A stretch of DNA of 64,000 nucleotides. Source: a bacterium. GTDB lineage: Bacteria; Patescibacteriota; CG2-30-54-11; JBAXVQ01. Positions within the stretch are counted from its first letter, which is position 1, and each line of letters opens with the position of its first letter. The stretch is taken from the NCBI GenBank assembly GCA_037128935.1, contig JBAXVQ010000003.1, positions 1,980-65,979 on the forward strand. The letters are read 5' to 3'. A program made the position numbers and the translations under genes. Shown here piece after piece: positions 61,800 to 64,000 of this stretch. The notes under the pieces are model-generated. The model was not told the origin of the DNA, made no database searches, and worked only from the letters and a program-made list of their open reading frames with translations.

Positions 61800-62506
61800 T
61801 GCAGCATTCCTTTATCCAAAGTAAGCGAAAGAGAAAAAGCCAGTTTGTCAGTCTTTTTCTGCGTTGGCGCTTCCATCGAAGTAATTTTAACGTCAGTAAA
61901 AAGCGGCTTTTTTATTTTGATTACCTTGTCAGCTTGAGGTGGAACTGTCGGATCAATGTTGTGCAACTTCACAAAGGCATCGAGAGTAAACTGATACTTT
62001 TTTGCAATTTTTTCCCAAGTATCATTAGGCAAAATAGTGTAAGGGATAGAAATGGCAGCCGTTAGCAATGAATTTTTATTTTTCTCAAGATCGAGCAATG
62101 AAGACGTATGCCCAGAAATAGCAACTCCTGTGCTCGTTATGGTGATGTCCTTATACTGAATTGTTTTCAACGTATAATCTGCGACTGTTTGTAGCAGAAG
62201 TTCCCATTTAATTTGCTGTTTTTGTATGAGCTGGATAGAGCTAATTGCAGTTTTAAGACTTTTTGCATTGTCTTCCACTGCCTTATATTGAGCCACTTCT
62301 TGATCTGTTGCTGCAATTTTATTTTTTAACTCACTCAGATTATTTTGCAGAGAAATATCATGAAAGGTCAGAAACAGCGTAAGGAATAACGTCAACCCGT
62401 TTGCAATGGCAAGGCCGAAGATTGTTAAAGCCTTCCTGCGTTGCTCACGCAGACGCCGTTCTTTTTCTGCAACCCCAGGTAATAAATTAATATGAAGATC
62501 AACCAT
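61796..62506 (-). CDS. pilN: Type IV pilus assembly protein PilN with an inserted LysM domain
   Basis: INLLP N-terminal motif, TM helix, coiled coil. Residues 156-201 YTILPNDTWEKIAKKYQFTLDAFVKLHNID...IKIKKP fit the LysM consensus. Confidence 0.7.
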   Translation of the reverse strand: MVDLHINLLPGVAEKERRLREQRRKALTIFGLAIANGLTLFLTLFLTFHDISLQNNLSELKNKIAATDQEVAQYKAVEDNAKSLKTAISSIQLIQKQQIKWELLLQTVADYTLKTIQYKDITITSTGVAISGHTSSLLDLEKNKNSLLTAAISIPYTILPNDTWEKIAKKYQFTLDAFVKLHNIDPTVPPQADKVIKIKKPLFTDVKITSMEAPTQKKTDKLAFSLSLTLDKGMLQ

Positions 62507-62515
62507 AGTACGTCC

Positions 62516-63577
62516 TTAGATTTTTTTCAAAGCCAGTCCGAGAGCCACAGAAAAGCTGTACTGCGCCTCTGGAGATTTTTCCACGATAGAATTATTTTTC
62601 GCAATAGTTTTCCATGGATTTCCCACCTGCACAATAATTGGGTTGCTGTCCTTGCTCTGTAAGGCATTGAGTTGCGCTGCAAAGACATCTACCATCGAGG
62701 AAACAACTGCTGTCCGACCCGTCAGAATAATTTTTGTAACCGCCAAGTCGTCAAACTTTTCTTTGAAATAGTGGATTGATCGTTGTGTTTCATGTGCAAG
62801 TGTATCAATGACATTGTTCACTTCACGTGTGATCTTTTCTCCTACAGCTCCCGAAAGATTGTTCAAGTTGAGCTTTGTTTTTTCTGCTAGTTTCCACTCC
62901 AGTGAAAGGTTGCTCACCAGAGACTTTGTAATAGTATTTCCCCCAAGAGGGATCTGCCTTGTAGCCAACAGTAAGCCATTTTTTATAATTCCCAACTCGG
63001 ATTGCTCGTTACCAATGTTTAGCAATAACACCGTTTCCTTTTCATCTTCCTTGCCAATCAAAGCCCTTCCAGATGCCATAAGACTACTTTCAACGTTGAT
63101 GACGTGAAGATTTGCTTGCTGCACTACCTCAATAACTTTATTAAGTTTTATAAGTGGGGAAGCTAGAAGAAACACAAGAACCTTATTTTTTTCACCTGCG
63201 ATTGGAACTATTTCCCAGTCCAGCTCTACCTCATCTAGCGGTATAGGAATAAAGCTTTCTGCTTCCCAACGGATTGTTTCTTCCATTTGCTTGTCAGGAA
63301 GTTTGGGAAGTTCAATCAATTGTGTGTACACATGCGCTTCAGAAATCCCTAAGATGACATTTTTTGAGGTAACACCGCATTCCTTCCTCAGTTGATCAAT
63401 TGTTTGCGTGAGAAACTTCAGCTGCTCTGGGTCTTCACACGTGTACACATCGATATTGTTTGGCAGGCTACCAGCCGCCAGCAACTCGTGGTACTCCCCC
63501 CGCTGGAATAGTTGCACCAGCCGAATACCCGTTGTGCCAATATCCAATCCGAAATAATTGTTGTTATAATTTGCCAT
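62516..63577 (-). CDS. pilM: Type IV pilus assembly ATPase-fold protein PilM
   Basis: 353 aa actin-like fold with FGLDIGTTGIRLVQL, and the PilM layout. Confidence 0.85.
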   Translation of the reverse strand: MANYNNNYFGLDIGTTGIRLVQLFQRGEYHELLAAGSLPNNIDVYTCEDPEQLKFLTQTIDQLRKECGVTSKNVILGISEAHVYTQLIELPKLPDKQMEETIRWEAESFIPIPLDEVELDWEIVPIAGEKNKVLVFLLASPLIKLNKVIEVVQQANLHVINVESSLMASGRALIGKEDEKETVLLLNIGNEQSELGIIKNGLLLATRQIPLGGNTITKSLVSNLSLEWKLAEKTKLNLNNLSGAVGEKITREVNNVIDTLAHETQRSIHYFKEKFDDLAVTKIILTGRTAVVSSMVDVFAAQLNALQSKDSNPIIVQVGNPWKTIAKNNSIVEKSPEAQYSFSVALGLALKKI

Positions 63578-63699
63578 TGTTGGTGTCCAGGTACGTTTTG
63601 TTTTTTCTAGCCGTAGAGTTGGTTTTCTCTATCGGTTTTTACCGGCATATCGTTGACAATCGCTTTTCTATTGATGTACAGTAGGAAGGTCTTTTTTGC

Positions 63700-63775
63700 G
63701 AGTCGTTAGCTCAGTTGGTAGAGCACCTGGCTTTTAACCAGGGTGTCGTGGGTTCGAATCCCACACGACTCACCA
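63700..63775 (+). tRNA. tRNA-Lys (TTT) with encoded CCA
   Basis: Acceptor GAGTCGT/ACGACTC, D arm GCTC-AGTTGGTA-GAGC, anticodon arm CCTGG-CTTTTAA-CCAGG, T arm GTGGG-TTCGAAT-CCCAC. Confidence 0.95.
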
Positions 63776-63847
63776 CGTTTGCTTTTATTTTTTATACATA
63801 TTCATTTCTTCTCTCCCAGAACATTTTGCCCACCTGCAGTCTATGCG

Positions 63848-64000
63848 TTAAAAAGCTGCGGTGTATTGCGATACAATTTTCCCAGCTACCGGAGAATCTT
63901 TATGAGCAGCACGAACATATGCTAGGGAAAACTGTGGTTTATGGTGACGAATGTAGAGGTCACCCTGCAGCAAAAAAGGCGATATACTGTGACGAGTTGT
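63848..64000 (-). CDS. C-terminal fragment of an unidentified protein (5' end outside window)
   Basis: The minus-strand frame is open from the window edge to TAA (63850-63848). Translation: TTRHSISPFLLQGDLYIRHHKPQFSLAYVRAAHKDSPVAGKIVSQYTAAF. Confidence 0.35.
   Translation of the reverse strand, partial: TTRHSISPFLLQGDLYIRHHKPQFSLAYVRAAHKDSPVAGKIVSQYTAAF

Noticed and set aside
1-64000. Alternative genetic code (for example UGA recoding), as seen in some uncultivated lineages.
   Set aside because: Long uninterrupted ORFs matching full-length conserved proteins terminate at all three standard stop codons, and no conserved gene appears broken by in-frame UGA or UAG.

Overview
Gene-dense chromosomal segment (about 60 protein genes, 2 tRNAs) from a bacterium using the standard genetic code. 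Many adjacent genes share 4-nt start/stop overlaps, and several convergent gene pairs overlap at their 3' ends. Most content is housekeeping: a riboflavin operon behind an FMN riboswitch (ribD-ribBA-[toxin/antitoxin insert]-ribE-[structured spacer]-ribH), purC, nth, thrC, mnmG, rsmA, pnp, recQ, ilvC and trmB. Aromatic amino-acid genes are present (trpC, DAHP synthase, pheA, tyrA, a trpE-like fusion). Envelope genes include a FemAB-type transferase, a DsbA/MauE pair, a G5-RlpA protein, a GT39-like protein and FtsX, plus a pilMNO pilus-assembly cluster. The envelope gene set looks monoderm-like, but lineage cannot be assigned from sequence alone. I saw no rRNA, CRISPR array, transposase, integrase, reverse transcriptase or phage structural gene. 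Unusual content is small-scale: three families of short palindromic/MITE-like repeats; an AT-rich islet (8.4-10.5 kb) with a small-ORF/DUF2335 pair and a stand-alone HEPN-motif protein bracketed by a duplicated flank; and a RelE-type toxin-antitoxin pair with its own promoter inside the riboflavin operon. The items most worth follow-up are: (1) a TrpE-like enzyme carrying a C-terminal ~210 aa chorismate-mutase-like extension, next to pheA/tyrA genes that lack mutase domains; (2) a Pol I homolog that stops exactly after the 5'-nuclease and 3'-5' exonuclease domains; (3) the HEPN islet; (4) a 177-nt nested-palindrome element between ribE and ribH; (5) trmB, whose SAM-binding motif lies upstream of any canonical start codon and downstream of an A10 slippery tract; (6) a LysM domain inserted in PilN. 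I do not see a convincing large multi-gene novel system. All family assignments come from motif recognition by eye and need profile searches.
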